A DNA stretch of 64,000 nucleotides from Promethearchaeota archaeon. GTDB taxonomy: Archaea > Asgardarchaeota > Lokiarchaeia > Sigyniarchaeales > SOKP01. Position 1 is the first letter of the stretch, and every line of letters begins with the position of its first letter. Location: positions 47,566 to 111,565 of the forward strand of contig JAEOTA010000073.1 of NCBI GenBank assembly GCA_016840085.1, read 5' to 3'. A program made the translations under genes and the position numbers. Positions 10,482 to 21,204 of this stretch are shown in pieces. The notes below the pieces were generated by a model. That model saw only the letters and a program-made list of their open reading frames with translations. It had not been told where the DNA came from and searched no databases.

Positions 10482-10736
10482 ATGGTAAAAGGTACTGTGA
10501 AGTGGTTTAATAGCAAGAAAGGCTTTGGATTTATTACACCTGAGGATGAATCAGGGGATATCTTTGTGCATTATACCGCCATTAAAGCCGAAGGTGGGGC
10601 GTTTAAGGTGATTTATGAAGGAGATATTGTTGAATTCGAAATTACTCAAGGAAAAAAAGGGCCCCAAGCAAGTGATGTAGTGATAGTTGAAGAGGGACCT
10701 CGAACTAATATCCGTGGCCGAAAATCGTTTTATTAA
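10482..10736 (+). CDS. csp: cold-shock protein
   Basis: [15 protein letters not shown] (RNP1), DIFVHYTAI (RNP2), GKKGPQA. Confidence 0.95.
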   Translation: MVKGTVKWFNSKKGFGFITPEDESGDIFVHYTAIKAEGGAFKVIYEGDIVEFEITQGKKGPQASDVVIVEEGPRTNIRGRKSFY

Positions 10737-10939
10737 TAAATTAATTTATTAGTAAAAAAAAAAGAATCAGAAAGTTTAATATTAAGGAATTTTGAAAGAT
10801 TAAAATATATGGGAGAGGGAATTACTAAATTTCTAATTAACATAATTTTACATCTTACAGATTCCCTTTTTTTTATTTTATTGGGGGAGAGTAAAAAAAA
10901 AAATAATTTCTTAAACAGATAAGAAAGAAACTAATTTCT

Positions 10940-11740
10940 TCATAATATTTTTGCGTTAAGATAATTATCCATAGATTTTCTGCGAAGACTCTTTGTATAT
11001 TGCATATTTAACTCTCCAGGTATGAATATAACTTCTCCATTTTTTACTGCGTCTAATGATAAAGAAACAACATCTTCTGCATTCATCCAATTTTCCTTAG
11101 GAAACCAATTACGTTGAAAACCCTGCATTGATTCTGTGTCATGAAACTCTGAATATGTGAAACCGGGACAGAGGCTTTGAATATAAATCCCTTTGCCTTT
11201 TATCCTTTCTTTTATAAGTTCAGAAAATACTGTAACTGCTGATTTAGTTGTAGTATACATCACACTCATTGGACTTCTGTGTATAGCTGCTGTAGAAGAT
11301 GTATTAATTATAACACCTCTTTTTCTTTTTATCATACCAGGAAGAGCAGCATGGCAGAACATCACTGTGCTTGTGAAGTGGACATTAATCATATCAATAT
11401 GTCGTTTTAAATCTATTTGTAAAAACGTATTCGTAATTCCGAACCCCGCATTGTTTATCAGCACATCAAGATTATCAATTTCTAAGATTTTAGCGACTAC
11501 CTTCTCATTATCATCCATATTTGATAAATTAGCTACAAACACTTCAGCATTAACTAAAAATTTTTCTTGTAATTCTTTACTCAGAGTATCAAGTTTATTT
11601 TTCCTTCTAGCTACTAAAACTAAATCAAAACCTTGTGCTGCCAATTGATGAGCAAATTCAGCTCCTATTCCTGATGATGCTCCTGTAATTAAAGCAATTC
11701 CTAGATTTTCCCATTCCATAAAATTTTCTTTAACTTTCAT
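10940..11740 (-). CDS. short-chain dehydrogenase/reductase
   Basis: TGASSGIG, NNAG, catalytic S and YTTTK (YxxxK), CPGF. Confidence 0.92.
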   Translation of the reverse strand: MKVKENFMEWENLGIALITGASSGIGAEFAHQLAAQGFDLVLVARRKNKLDTLSKELQEKFLVNAEVFVANLSNMDDNEKVVAKILEIDNLDVLINNAGFGITNTFLQIDLKRHIDMINVHFTSTVMFCHAALPGMIKRKRGVIINTSSTAAIHRSPMSVMYTTTKSAVTVFSELIKERIKGKGIYIQSLCPGFTYSEFHDTESMQGFQRNWFPKENWMNAEDVVSLSLDAVKNGEVIFIPGELNMQYTKSLRRKSMDNYLNAKIL

Positions 11741-11863
11741 AATTTAGACACTTCTAGAAAGAGTTATCTAATAAATTAGGGATAATATAAAAAAAAGAAT
11801 TAGAAATTTAGATTTTATGGAAATTTGACACGTATTCCTTTTATATTTTTTCTACTGAATATT

Positions 11864-12724
11864 TCACCATTTGTCGTATTTTGCCTCTCTTTTTTCGAGA
11901 GTTGCACTAATACCCTCAAGAATATCTGCTGAATTTGAGCAGACTACTTGCGTTCTATTTTCTAATTTAATAGCTGCTTCAAGCGAGGAAGCATCAACAT
12001 TCATATTTAAGGCATCTTTTGTGAGTCTTATTCCTAAGGGACTTTTGTTTAAAATTTGTTTTGCCATATTTAGTGTCTCGCTAAGAAGCTTATCATCAGT
12101 AACTACTTTTGATACAAGTCCAATTGTATCTGCCTCTTTAGCATCTATTATTCTTCCTGTATACATGAATTCTGCAGCTCTTGAAAACCCAATTAATCTT
12201 GGAAGCCAATAAGAACTCCCACAATCTGCTCCAGACACCCCTATTCTTATAAATGCGTTGCAAAATTTAGCACTTTCTCCAGCAATCCTTATATCCGCCG
12301 CGAGAGCGAATGCTAAACCACCTCCATAAGCAGGACCTTTTACTGCAGCAATGACTGGTTGCGGGATTTTCCTAAGTTGTACCATCATTTGAGAGATTAA
12401 TTTTTGCACTATAACAGATCTTTTCATTTTATCATCTGTGAGTAAATATTTAGATTTCCTATATTCTTCTGGTATTTTTCTCTTATTAATACTTTGAAAA
12501 TCTTTTAAATCAAGACCAGAAGAAAATGCACGACCTTCTCCAACTAAAATTAAAACACGTATATCTAAATTATTTTCTAATGTCTTGAGATAATCTAACA
12601 TCTCCTCAGTGAATTGTAGATTAATCGCATTTAATCTCTCTGGTCTGTTGAATGTAAGAATTGCGATTCCATCTTCTCTTTCACTAACCTTTATAGTTTC
12701 ATAAACTTGCATTTTGCACTCCAT
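11864..12724 (-). CDS. enoyl-CoA hydratase/isomerase
   Basis: NRPERLNA, FSSGLDL, AYGGG, ADIRIA motifs of the crotonase family. Confidence 0.93.
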   Translation of the reverse strand: MECKMQVYETIKVSEREDGIAILTFNRPERLNAINLQFTEEMLDYLKTLENNLDIRVLILVGEGRAFSSGLDLKDFQSINKRKIPEEYRKSKYLLTDDKMKRSVIVQKLISQMMVQLRKIPQPVIAAVKGPAYGGGLAFALAADIRIAGESAKFCNAFIRIGVSGADCGSSYWLPRLIGFSRAAEFMYTGRIIDAKEADTIGLVSKVVTDDKLLSETLNMAKQILNKSPLGIRLTKDALNMNVDASSLEAAIKLENRTQVVCSNSADILEGISATLEKREAKYDKW

Positions 12725-12881
12725 CCATTTTAATATTTTGTCTCGAATATTTTAATTTAAGATTACTATATAATAATTAATTTTTTCGAAAATATAGAAA
12801 TAGAAAGTAACATACAACAAAAACTTAGTAAGAATATAAAAAACATATATAAATTAAAAAAAAAATTTATTTATTATTAAA

Positions 12882-14117
12882 TTAAAAGATAGTTTGTAGC
12901 ATAGCTGCTTCGATCTCGATCATACCTATATTGAATTTATCCTTTAACAATAGTTTTTTATATTTAGAAATATCACGTTTACTTGTCATAAGTGAGTGGA
13001 ATACACCAGCATTTTGCATTGTATTAATGAGCATATAACCCATAATTGTAGAATCCTTGAAAAACATTTTCTTATAAATATTATTATGAATATATCTTAT
13101 TTCCTCACCTTCGTATATTCCATCTGAAACAATAGGTCTTCCAAAAACCTTGATAAGGGTTTGATTTCCAGATCCTGAATATTCCATCTTTTTTCCAGCC
13201 ATATTGTAACCTGCAATTGAACCTTGTACTAAAGCATTTTGCCATAATAAAATAGAACCTCTTTTTCCAGTTATAATATCTAAGGATTCGGCTATATCTC
13301 CTGCTGCATAAACATCAGGTATGTTTGTTTCAAGATATTCGTTTACAATAATTCCTGAATTTGTTTTTATTCCACTATCTTTTATAACGTCTAAATTTGG
13401 TTTAACTCCAGTTGCAATTATAATCATATCGGCATCTAAAGCAGATTTATCAGTAAGCTTAACACTTTCAACTTTCTTCTTTCCAGAAATCTTGGTAATC
13501 TCATTTTCTATTCTTACATCAACGCCATGTTCCCGGAGATTACTTTTCACAATTGTGCTCATCTCTTCATCTAGCATGCAGGGCAAAATTCTATCTGAAG
13601 TTTCTATGATTGTAACATTTATATCATGTTTCTTTAGCCCTTCAGCAGCATCAAGCCCTATAAAGCCTCCTCCAAGAACAAGTGCATTTTTTACTTCTTG
13701 TGTTTTAAGCCAATTATGTATATTGTCAGTATCAGTTAGTGTTTTGAAGGTGAACACACCATTCATATCTAGACCCTTCATGGATGGTAAATCCACATGA
13801 CCGCCTGCTGCTATCAGGAGTTTATCATAATCAATAGATTCATTACCAACTATAACTTTCTTGTCATTAGGTTGGATGTTTTTCACATTATTACCCAATA
13901 GTGGGGTGACATTCATCCGATCGTAGAAATCTTCTCCTTTCCAGAAGGTTATATCTCGCTTATTTTCATCAGCTAGATAATATAAGAGAAGACAAGCAGA
14001 ATATGGTGGAAGATCTTCATTTGAGATCATTAAAATCTCAGATTCTTGATCATATTTCCTTATTGCTTCTACTGCACTTACACCTGCTCCCCCAGTACCA
14101 ATTATCACATGTCGCAT
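12882..14117 (-). CDS. FAD/NAD(P)-dependent oxidoreductase (CODH-associated FNOR-like)
   Basis: IIGTGGAG, GGGFIG, ATGVKPN, TNIPDVYAAGD; immediately downstream of cooS. Confidence 0.9.
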   Translation of the reverse strand: MRHVIIGTGGAGVSAVEAIRKYDQESEILMISNEDLPPYSACLLLYYLADENKRDITFWKGEDFYDRMNVTPLLGNNVKNIQPNDKKVIVGNESIDYDKLLIAAGGHVDLPSMKGLDMNGVFTFKTLTDTDNIHNWLKTQEVKNALVLGGGFIGLDAAEGLKKHDINVTIIETSDRILPCMLDEEMSTIVKSNLREHGVDVRIENEITKISGKKKVESVKLTDKSALDADMIIIATGVKPNLDVIKDSGIKTNSGIIVNEYLETNIPDVYAAGDIAESLDIITGKRGSILLWQNALVQGSIAGYNMAGKKMEYSGSGNQTLIKVFGRPIVSDGIYEGEEIRYIHNNIYKKMFFKDSTIMGYMLINTMQNAGVFHSLMTSKRDISKYKKLLLKDKFNIGMIEIEAAMLQTIF

Positions 14118-14147
14118 TTTTTTTTCTCACCTTCTTTACATAGAATA

Positions 14148-16061
14148 TTATATAGGTGCTGCAATTGGTGGTTGTGTTAATCCAAGTGCTTTTCGTTTCT
14201 CTTCAATATGGTTAATTATCAAATCAGCTTCTTTTTCAGGATCCGGCTCCACAGCAAAAGTAGCTCCAACAACATCATTAAGTCCTTGAGTAAGAAGCGA
14301 AGTAACATTTTTGCTTCCTAGTACTGGAGGTATAGCGCCAAGAACAGTGTATATACCAGAAGCGACAACATAACTTCCTATACTAACTGCTTTTTCTGAC
14401 ATCCACTCTGGTGCTGCGCCTGCTACTGGTAAATCACTAATATCAACATTTAGAGCTTTTGCAATAGCCGCAGCAACATTCAGAATCCTGCTACAATCTA
14501 CACAAGATCCCATATGTAGCACAGGTGGAATACCCAAAGCTTTAGCAATTTCTTTTAACCCTTCACCGGCTTGGTCTGCTGCTTCTGGAACCAATAAACC
14601 TGCTTTACCACAGGCAATAGCAGAACAACCAGTCTCAACAACTAAAATATCATTTTCAATTAACTTCTTGGCAAGCGTCACATGATTATAATCATGCTTT
14701 ATTTTTGGATTATTGCATCCTACAAGGGCCGCAATTCCTCTTATCTTACCTTCTTTAATGGCATCAATGAGAGGTTCGACAGTTCCTCCAAGAGCCTTAA
14801 TAATAGCTTCAGTAGAAAATCCGCCCATTAATTTAACAGGATTTTTAGGTATATTCACTCGATCAGGGTTTCTATTTTCAAAATTTTCAACAGCTTCTTT
14901 AACTATATTCTTTCCAATCTCATATGCACGCTCTGGTTCAAATTCCATATGCATGGCTCCTTGCATTTTTGCTTTAGGGGAGGTAGTTATTAATTTAGTA
15001 TGATAACAGCTAGCTGTAGAGGATAGGGCAGGCATGAGACATTGATAATCAATAACCATAGCTTCAATAGCACCAGTAATTAGTGCAAGCTCTTGTACTA
15101 AGAAATTACCAGCAATAGGAATTCCTTTTCTCATTAAGAGTTCATTTGCTGTACAACAAATTCCAGCAATATTAATTCCATTAGCTCCTTTTTGCTTTGC
15201 TAACTCAATCATTTCAGAATCTCTACATGCATCTACAACCATTTCAGATAGCACTGGATTATGCCCATGTACAATAATATTTACCATATCTTCCTTTAAC
15301 ACACCAAGGTTTACTAAACTTTCTTTTGGTTCTGGAGTTCCAAATAGTATGTCACTAAATTCTGTAGCTACCATGGATCCACCCCAACCATCGCTAAGTG
15401 ATGCTCTAAGACCATGCAATAATATATTCGCATAATCTGCACCGACACCAATATGAGTACGATGCATGATTTCAACTATTTCTCTATCAATACTTCTTGG
15501 CCAAATGCCAACATTTTTCCATAAATCTTTCCTTTTATCTGGCACTCGTTCAGCAAATTGGATTGTGTTTTTCATCATTCCAAATTCGTCCATTGCTTTT
15601 TCAGCTAATTCCTTTGCAATATCTTCTTTAGCTCTACCATCTAAAACAACACCATATTCTTGAGCTATTCGTTTTAATTTCTCTTCGTCAGTAATTTGAT
15701 ATCCTAATGTTTTACCTTCAGCAGTTAAATGAAGAACTTCAACTATATCTCTCCCATGATCTGAGTGGGCAGCAGCTCCAGCAGCAATCATTCTTGCTAG
15801 ATTTCTAGCTACAATTATATCTGAATCAGCACCACATACCCCTCGAGTTGGTTCATTTCCAAAAGGATCAATTCTACAGGGCCCCATTGCACAATTTCGA
15901 CAACAAATTCCTAGTAATCCATAACCACATTGAGGTTCTTGAGATTCTAATCTGTCCCAAGCCGTATCGATATGTTCTTCTGCTGCTTTTTCTAAGATTT
16001 GTTGAGCAGTTGTATCTATTGTTTTTTCAAAAATTTCTTCTTTCATCATTTTTATTTTCAC
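14148..16061 (-). CDS. cooS: anaerobic Ni,Fe carbon monoxide dehydrogenase catalytic subunit
   Basis: D/B cluster QCGYG..GICCRNCAMGPC, HSDHG; C-cluster ligands HGHNP, CCT, DYQC, GCNN, TGCS, GSCVD. The true start may be the ATG at 16049 or 16046. Confidence 0.97.
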   Translation of the reverse strand: MKIKMMKEEIFEKTIDTTAQQILEKAAEEHIDTAWDRLESQEPQCGYGLLGICCRNCAMGPCRIDPFGNEPTRGVCGADSDIIVARNLARMIAAGAAAHSDHGRDIVEVLHLTAEGKTLGYQITDEEKLKRIAQEYGVVLDGRAKEDIAKELAEKAMDEFGMMKNTIQFAERVPDKRKDLWKNVGIWPRSIDREIVEIMHRTHIGVGADYANILLHGLRASLSDGWGGSMVATEFSDILFGTPEPKESLVNLGVLKEDMVNIIVHGHNPVLSEMVVDACRDSEMIELAKQKGANGINIAGICCTANELLMRKGIPIAGNFLVQELALITGAIEAMVIDYQCLMPALSSTASCYHTKLITTSPKAKMQGAMHMEFEPERAYEIGKNIVKEAVENFENRNPDRVNIPKNPVKLMGGFSTEAIIKALGGTVEPLIDAIKEGKIRGIAALVGCNNPKIKHDYNHVTLAKKLIENDILVVETGCSAIACGKAGLLVPEAADQAGEGLKEIAKALGIPPVLHMGSCVDCSRILNVAAAIAKALNVDISDLPVAGAAPEWMSEKAVSIGSYVVASGIYTVLGAIPPVLGSKNVTSLLTQGLNDVVGATFAVEPDPEKEADLIINHIEEKRKALGLTQPPIAAPI

Positions 16062-16666
16062 CTACCTACTTTTGTCATAGAGAGAGCCAAATCACGCCAT
16101 AATTTGACTAATTCAGGGACTTTTGCTTCAATTTGCATTTCTGCTGCAAATTGTGTGGCTATTTTAGCCATATCTTTTCTTTCTTCTTTGATAATTTCAT
16201 TGATATCTCCATATACAAGCGCTCCAGTTTTACAAGCGTCTACGCAAGCTGGGTTTAAATCATTACTAATACGTTCAAAACAATTATCGCATTTATGAGC
16301 CACATCACGATCTATGGAAACACGCCAAGATGGATTAAATGTAATAGCATCAAAAGGGCAGACAATAGCACACATACCACATTCGATACATTTCTCTTCA
16401 TTAATAAGAACGGTGTTTGTATCTTTATCTTTGGTTATAGCTCCAGAAGGACAAACTTGTATACAAGGTGTTGGATCACAATGTGTACATTTACCAGGGT
16501 AAGCCATTATTCCAAAGGTAGGCATTACATGAATTTTCGGATTAGGCAATGGTTCTTCAGAAATTGCGGTATAAAGATTTTTTGTTTTAGAATGTTCTAT
16601 TGTACAAGCAATTTCACAATGTTTACATCCAATACAATTTTCGGGTCTTATAAAAACAGATTTCAT
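16058..16666 (-). CDS. cooF: 4Fe-4S ferredoxin-like electron transfer subunit of CODH
   Basis: CIGCKHCEIAC, CTHCDPTPC..VCP, CIECGMCAIVCP, KCDNC..PACVDAC; overlaps the cooS start. Confidence 0.9.
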   Translation of the reverse strand: MKSVFIRPENCIGCKHCEIACTIEHSKTKNLYTAISEEPLPNPKIHVMPTFGIMAYPGKCTHCDPTPCIQVCPSGAITKDKDTNTVLINEEKCIECGMCAIVCPFDAITFNPSWRVSIDRDVAHKCDNCFERISNDLNPACVDACKTGALVYGDINEIIKEERKDMAKIATQFAAEMQIEAKVPELVKLWRDLALSMTKVGR

Positions 16667-16891
16667 TTATAGACTCCCTCTTTTTAATTATTTTTTTCTT
16701 TCTAATTTCTTTTGCAAAATTTTTAGTTAAATTTCTCGATTCCTAAAAAAGATAACACTCTATAAAAATATATGGAGATGAAAGTTTTTCCGTCCCTCTG
16801 GACTATCGATATTAAACATATAACCTATTTTTATATATTGATATTTTTTATAGCTTCTTAAAGAGTCTTATTAAAAAAAAAGAATGATCAA

Positions 16892-17575
16892 ATGCTAGTC
16901 TCAAGAAATTATTTATTAATGATACTTGATGAGGAAAAAGGAAAGATTTACTCTCGGGCTTCGGCAGCAAAAGATCTTGGATTAATAGGAGCAATGATGA
17001 TGGATTTATATCTCCGTGGTAAAATCTTGATTGAAAGAAAAAAAATTAGAATTATAGATCCAACCTCAACTGGGGATGAGTATCTAGATGATATATTGGA
17101 AATCTTAAAAAGTTCAAAAAAAATTCGGAAGTTAAATAGATGGATTGATAGAATTTCAAGAAGGTATAAAACATATTATTATGCCTTTTTTAAACGATTA
17201 GAGAAGCAAGAAATTCTGAAAATAGAAGTTAAAAAGACTTTTAAGATTTTTGAAACAAAAAGATTTTATTTACAAAGACCAGAAGTAAAAATGGTAATTC
17301 TGGAACAGATACAGAATACAATTGTTAATAATCTAAGTCCTAGTATTGATTTATTATGCTTATTAAGCTTAATAGAAGTCAGTGGGTTAATAAAAGTATA
17401 TATAGCAAAAGAATTTCGTAAGCAAGTTAGAATGCGGATAGAGGAGCTAATTTATACCGAGAATTTGAATCCAAGAGATCAAGAAATGATAATAAGCATA
17501 ACAAAAGCTATAAAAGATACAATAGCTGCTAGACAAGCTGCTGTAACTGTTGTCGTTACTGCTGCTGCGGTTTAA
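16892..17575 (+). CDS. GPP34/GOLPH3/Vps74 family protein
   Basis: LLMILDEEKGK...LGLIGAMMMDLYLRGKI...TGDEYLD and an Ala/Val-rich C-terminal tail typical of prokaryotic GPP34 proteins. Confidence 0.85.
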   Translation: MLVSRNYLLMILDEEKGKIYSRASAAKDLGLIGAMMMDLYLRGKILIERKKIRIIDPTSTGDEYLDDILEILKSSKKIRKLNRWIDRISRRYKTYYYAFFKRLEKQEILKIEVKKTFKIFETKRFYLQRPEVKMVILEQIQNTIVNNLSPSIDLLCLLSLIEVSGLIKVYIAKEFRKQVRMRIEELIYTENLNPRDQEMIISITKAIKDTIAARQAAVTVVVTAAAV

Positions 17576-17672
17576 GCTTAATTGTATACTAACTTCCAGA
17601 AATCTTAAAAACTCTAAGTTCTTAATGTAATAATAAACTGATTTTAAAATGATTATACTTTAGATATAATAG

Positions 17673-18746
17673 ATGCCCAAGGTTCAAGGAAACAAATTAA
17701 TAATTGAAAATCAGACAGTTTTTTTTAAATCGTCTGAAGATATGTCAGAGTTAGATGATGAATCAATTGATCTTATTATAACTTCACCTCCTTATAACCG
17801 AGGAAAGACATATTCCTCTGATTTTGGTGAGTTCCATAATGATAGTATGGAAGACAGCGAATATTTCTCATTTTTAACTGAAGTATGGAAAGAATGTTAT
17901 AGAGTTGCTAAGAAGCATGCTATTTTTTTTCTTAATATTGGTGATTCTGCCAATGATCAAGGAAAGTCTGAAAAAGTAGCCTTATCAGCTGAGAAGGCTT
18001 CATGGATACGACTACAAGATATAATCTGGATTAAAACTTTTTTAGGAAGAGGGCATTATACACCTACTGGAGGTTCTAGACGTTTAAACAATATTTGGGA
18101 GCATTTGTATCTTTTCGTTAAAAATAAGAAAGATTATGAAATAGATCCAAAAGCAATTGGAATTCCATATGCAGATAAATCAAATATTGGAAGATACTCT
18201 GATTCAGATTTAAGAGACGCTGGTAATGTATGGCTAATCGGTTATGAAAAGACTACAGGTGCTACAATTAAAAAAGGCCACGAGGCACCCTTTCCAATTG
18301 GTCTTCCTTATAGATGTATTAATTTGGTTCCTAATGTTAAAACTGTTTTAGATCCATTTGGAGGAACATGTTCAACTTTAGCTGCTTGTCTCAAATTAGG
18401 AGTAAAAGGTTATGCTTATGAAAAATATCCTCGAATTAAGGTTATAGAATCAAGAATTTTAGAAGGAAAAGAATATCAAGAAAGTACAGAAAGTCTAATT
18501 CCACATTTAGAATTATCTATAAAATTATTGGTAGAATTAACTTCAAAGACATATAATGAATTACCTAAAATAAAAAGTAAAGTTGAGTATAATATTTATA
18601 GTATACTAAATGAAGTTTTAAAGAACTTAAATTATAGTAGTCCACTTAAATTAAGTCTAGAAAAAAGAATAAAATCTTTTGAACATTCTCTAAATAGCAA
18701 AAGGCAACAAGAAAAAAGATATAAACAAAAAAAACTAACAAATTAA
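17673..18746 (+). CDS. site-specific DNA methyltransferase (N4-C/N6-A, beta class), orphan
   Basis: DLIITSPPY (motif IV) precedes HEAPFP and VLDPFGGT (motif I). Confidence 0.9.
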   Translation: MPKVQGNKLIIENQTVFFKSSEDMSELDDESIDLIITSPPYNRGKTYSSDFGEFHNDSMEDSEYFSFLTEVWKECYRVAKKHAIFFLNIGDSANDQGKSEKVALSAEKASWIRLQDIIWIKTFLGRGHYTPTGGSRRLNNIWEHLYLFVKNKKDYEIDPKAIGIPYADKSNIGRYSDSDLRDAGNVWLIGYEKTTGATIKKGHEAPFPIGLPYRCINLVPNVKTVLDPFGGTCSTLAACLKLGVKGYAYEKYPRIKVIESRILEGKEYQESTESLIPHLELSIKLLVELTSKTYNELPKIKSKVEYNIYSILNEVLKNLNYSSPLKLSLEKRIKSFEHSLNSKRQQEKRYKQKKLTN

Positions 18747-18775
18747 TAAAAAATTCAATAAATTTAATTTTGAAT

Positions 18776-19357
18776 TTATTCTTTCTTATAGTTTTTTCCT
18801 ACAGTAAAAGCATTTTCAATAAATTCTCCGACTTTCCAGTATTTATTCCGTGAATATACGAAGGGTTTCAGTTTTGTGATATCTGGTAATTCTTCGGTTA
18901 AATAATAATCATCGGCATAAGCACCCTCTACCTTTCCTATAAAAAGATCATGTCCTTCCTCAATATCAACTATTTCTTTTATTTTAATCGTTTTAACAAC
19001 TTTACACTCAAGATTTAAGGGAGCATGCGTAATCATTGGGGCTGTTTTAAGTTCTCCGTAAAAAACATCAAACACTTCTGATTTATCTACTTCTTTACCT
19101 GAAGTTATACCACAATAATCAGTAACTTCAACCATACCTTCCGAAGGGGTATTCACACTAAAGGTTCCATTCTCTCTGATACCACGATTTGTATAATGAG
19201 TTTCATAAGAAGAAATTGCAATTAATGGAAGTTTGGATTCTACCATTCCAACATATGCTAAAGTCTCAAAATTGGGTTTACCATTCACATTTGCTCCAAT
19301 AAGAACGACGGGCATAGGAAACAAATAAACTCCGAGACGAATTTTATTTTTTGTCAT
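18776..19357 (-). CDS. flavin reductase / flavoredoxin family protein
   Basis: PMPVVLIG, HYTNRGIRENGTFSVN, DYCGITSG, LECKV, HDLFIG. Confidence 0.9.
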   Translation of the reverse strand: MTKNKIRLGVYLFPMPVVLIGANVNGKPNFETLAYVGMVESKLPLIAISSYETHYTNRGIRENGTFSVNTPSEGMVEVTDYCGITSGKEVDKSEVFDVFYGELKTAPMITHAPLNLECKVVKTIKIKEIVDIEEGHDLFIGKVEGAYADDYYLTEELPDITKLKPFVYSRNKYWKVGEFIENAFTVGKNYKKE

Positions 19358-19513
19358 TTTAACACCTATAAAATTCTATGGATTAAAATATTTGAATTAT
19401 ACTATTTATAGCTTTATTTTTTAATTTATATGTGTGTCTTTTCATCGAATTGTGATGATTTGAAATGAGGTAGAGAGTATTTGATTCTTCCAAAATTTAT
19501 TCAAATTTAGAAC

Positions 19514-21034
19514 TTATTTGGTAAAAGTTTCTCCGTCTTTTAAGACCATGACATTATCAAAGTTTTCATTAAACCAACTAGGATTATCGGTGTGTACTGG
19601 TATTATTATATCCGGATCTATAGTTTCGATTGTTTTTATTAGATCAGATTTAGACGCATGTCCAGAAGCATGATAACCTCTAGTAAATTGAGGTTTTAAT
19701 TTGCCATCCTCTTCGATAACTTCAAAACCAAGAATATTAAAGCCAAAATTAGAAAGCCAATTATTTAACCGTATAAAATCAAATTCAGATTCTTCTTCGA
19801 ATGCTTCACTGGAAGAATAGAGGTAGGTACCTCCAACTGGTTTTACATCTAATAGATTTTTTAAATCAAAAAGTGAAAAACATACAATATAATTGTCAGG
19901 AGTTTTTGAAATATCTAATGAATCAACATAATTAAAATCAATCTCTTCACTTAGAACTCGACTCTCCCAATAAGGTTTAGTAGTTTTTAATTCATCATAT
20001 ACGAAAATATCACTCGCTCTATCCATTCCATCAACTTTTTTGAGGGCATTTAGTAAATATGCTTCTTTAGCGGTTATTATTAAATTTCTTCCTGTTTTTT
20101 TAGCGATTGATTGAAAAGTTTCTAGTCTTTCTAAATTTCTACTAGTAAAATCTGCAATCATTAAGCCTTTAGATTCTTCAACAGCTTCAAGACAATTTTC
20201 ATAGACGGTCTCCTCAGATTCATTTATATCTTCACGAGCAGCACGAGTACCTTCTATTATCAAAATTGAAGCTTCTTTTGCTTTGTTAATGAATGTTTTA
20301 CTCATTTCTCCTTTTTTACCATGAAGACGAAAATCACCTGTGTATGCCAAAGTTGTATCACCAGAAATAAGGTAACCTGTTGCACCAAATATGGAATGAT
20401 CAACATCGTAACCCTTTATTTCAAAACAAGATGTAAGTTTATCTAAATTTTGAATCGTTCCTTTTTCTAATTGTTTATTTCGCTTAACACATATAGACAA
20501 AAATTCTGCTACTGATTCAGAAAAATTATCTACACTAATGAAATTTCTACTTATTAATTTGTTTTTGTCTGTTTTTACAATTCGACCATCTCTTTTAGTG
20601 AATCTTGGTGAAAAATAAGCAACATCAGAACCAAGCTTACCTCTAGAGATATCTAAGATACCTTTTAGCAATATTATAGTAGTGGGAGATGCTACAATTG
20701 GAAATTCTTTCTTGAGTAATCCAATATTTCCGAAATGATCAAGGTGTGCATGACTAAGAAGAATCGCATTTACGTTCAAAGAGGGAAATGAAGCCATATT
20801 TAAATCAGAAGGAATAATATCTGGTCTGTAAATGTTTAATTTAGGGATTAGGTTCAGACTAATAAGGTCATAGATTCCTCTTGAAGTTCTCCAAGTTAAA
20901 AAATCTTTAAAATAATGTTCGTATTTTTTGAAATTCATTCCAAAATCAAGGAATATTCCCTCTCCACTTTCTTCTAAATATATTTTATTTCCTCCGATTG
21001 TATTACTTCCATCATAAATAGTTATTGAGGTCAT
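19514..21034 (-). CDS. beta-CASP metallo-beta-lactamase nuclease (RNase J-like)
   Basis: IGGNKI, LDFG, SHAHLDH, VDHS, YTGDFR, EGT, HASGHA, IPVHT. Confidence 0.85.
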   Translation of the reverse strand: MTSITIYDGSNTIGGNKIYLEESGEGIFLDFGMNFKKYEHYFKDFLTWRTSRGIYDLISLNLIPKLNIYRPDIIPSDLNMASFPSLNVNAILLSHAHLDHFGNIGLLKKEFPIVASPTTIILLKGILDISRGKLGSDVAYFSPRFTKRDGRIVKTDKNKLISRNFISVDNFSESVAEFLSICVKRNKQLEKGTIQNLDKLTSCFEIKGYDVDHSIFGATGYLISGDTTLAYTGDFRLHGKKGEMSKTFINKAKEASILIIEGTRAAREDINESEETVYENCLEAVEESKGLMIADFTSRNLERLETFQSIAKKTGRNLIITAKEAYLLNALKKVDGMDRASDIFVYDELKTTKPYWESRVLSEEIDFNYVDSLDISKTPDNYIVCFSLFDLKNLLDVKPVGGTYLYSSSEAFEEESEFDFIRLNNWLSNFGFNILGFEVIEEDGKLKPQFTRGYHASGHASKSDLIKTIETIDPDIIIPVHTDNPSWFNENFDNVMVLKDGETFTK

Positions 21035-21204
21035 TTAACTCAAAAATAATTCGTATTATTTTCTTTACGTTTTATTATATTTAATTATATTTTAAAAGAT
21101 ATTAGAAAAAATCATTTCATTCAATCTGCTTTGTATTATATTAATTTAAATGCATTTAATTTAGAAAGAAATACTTTAAATAAGAATAACACAAAATAGG
21201 AAAC

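Noticed and set aside
10810-10895. AGGGAAT...ATTCCCT pairing and repeated GGGAGAG downstream of csp as a SECIS element or ncRNA
   Set aside because: Short stem only, no adjacent in-frame TGA gene; more simply a terminator region between convergent genes.
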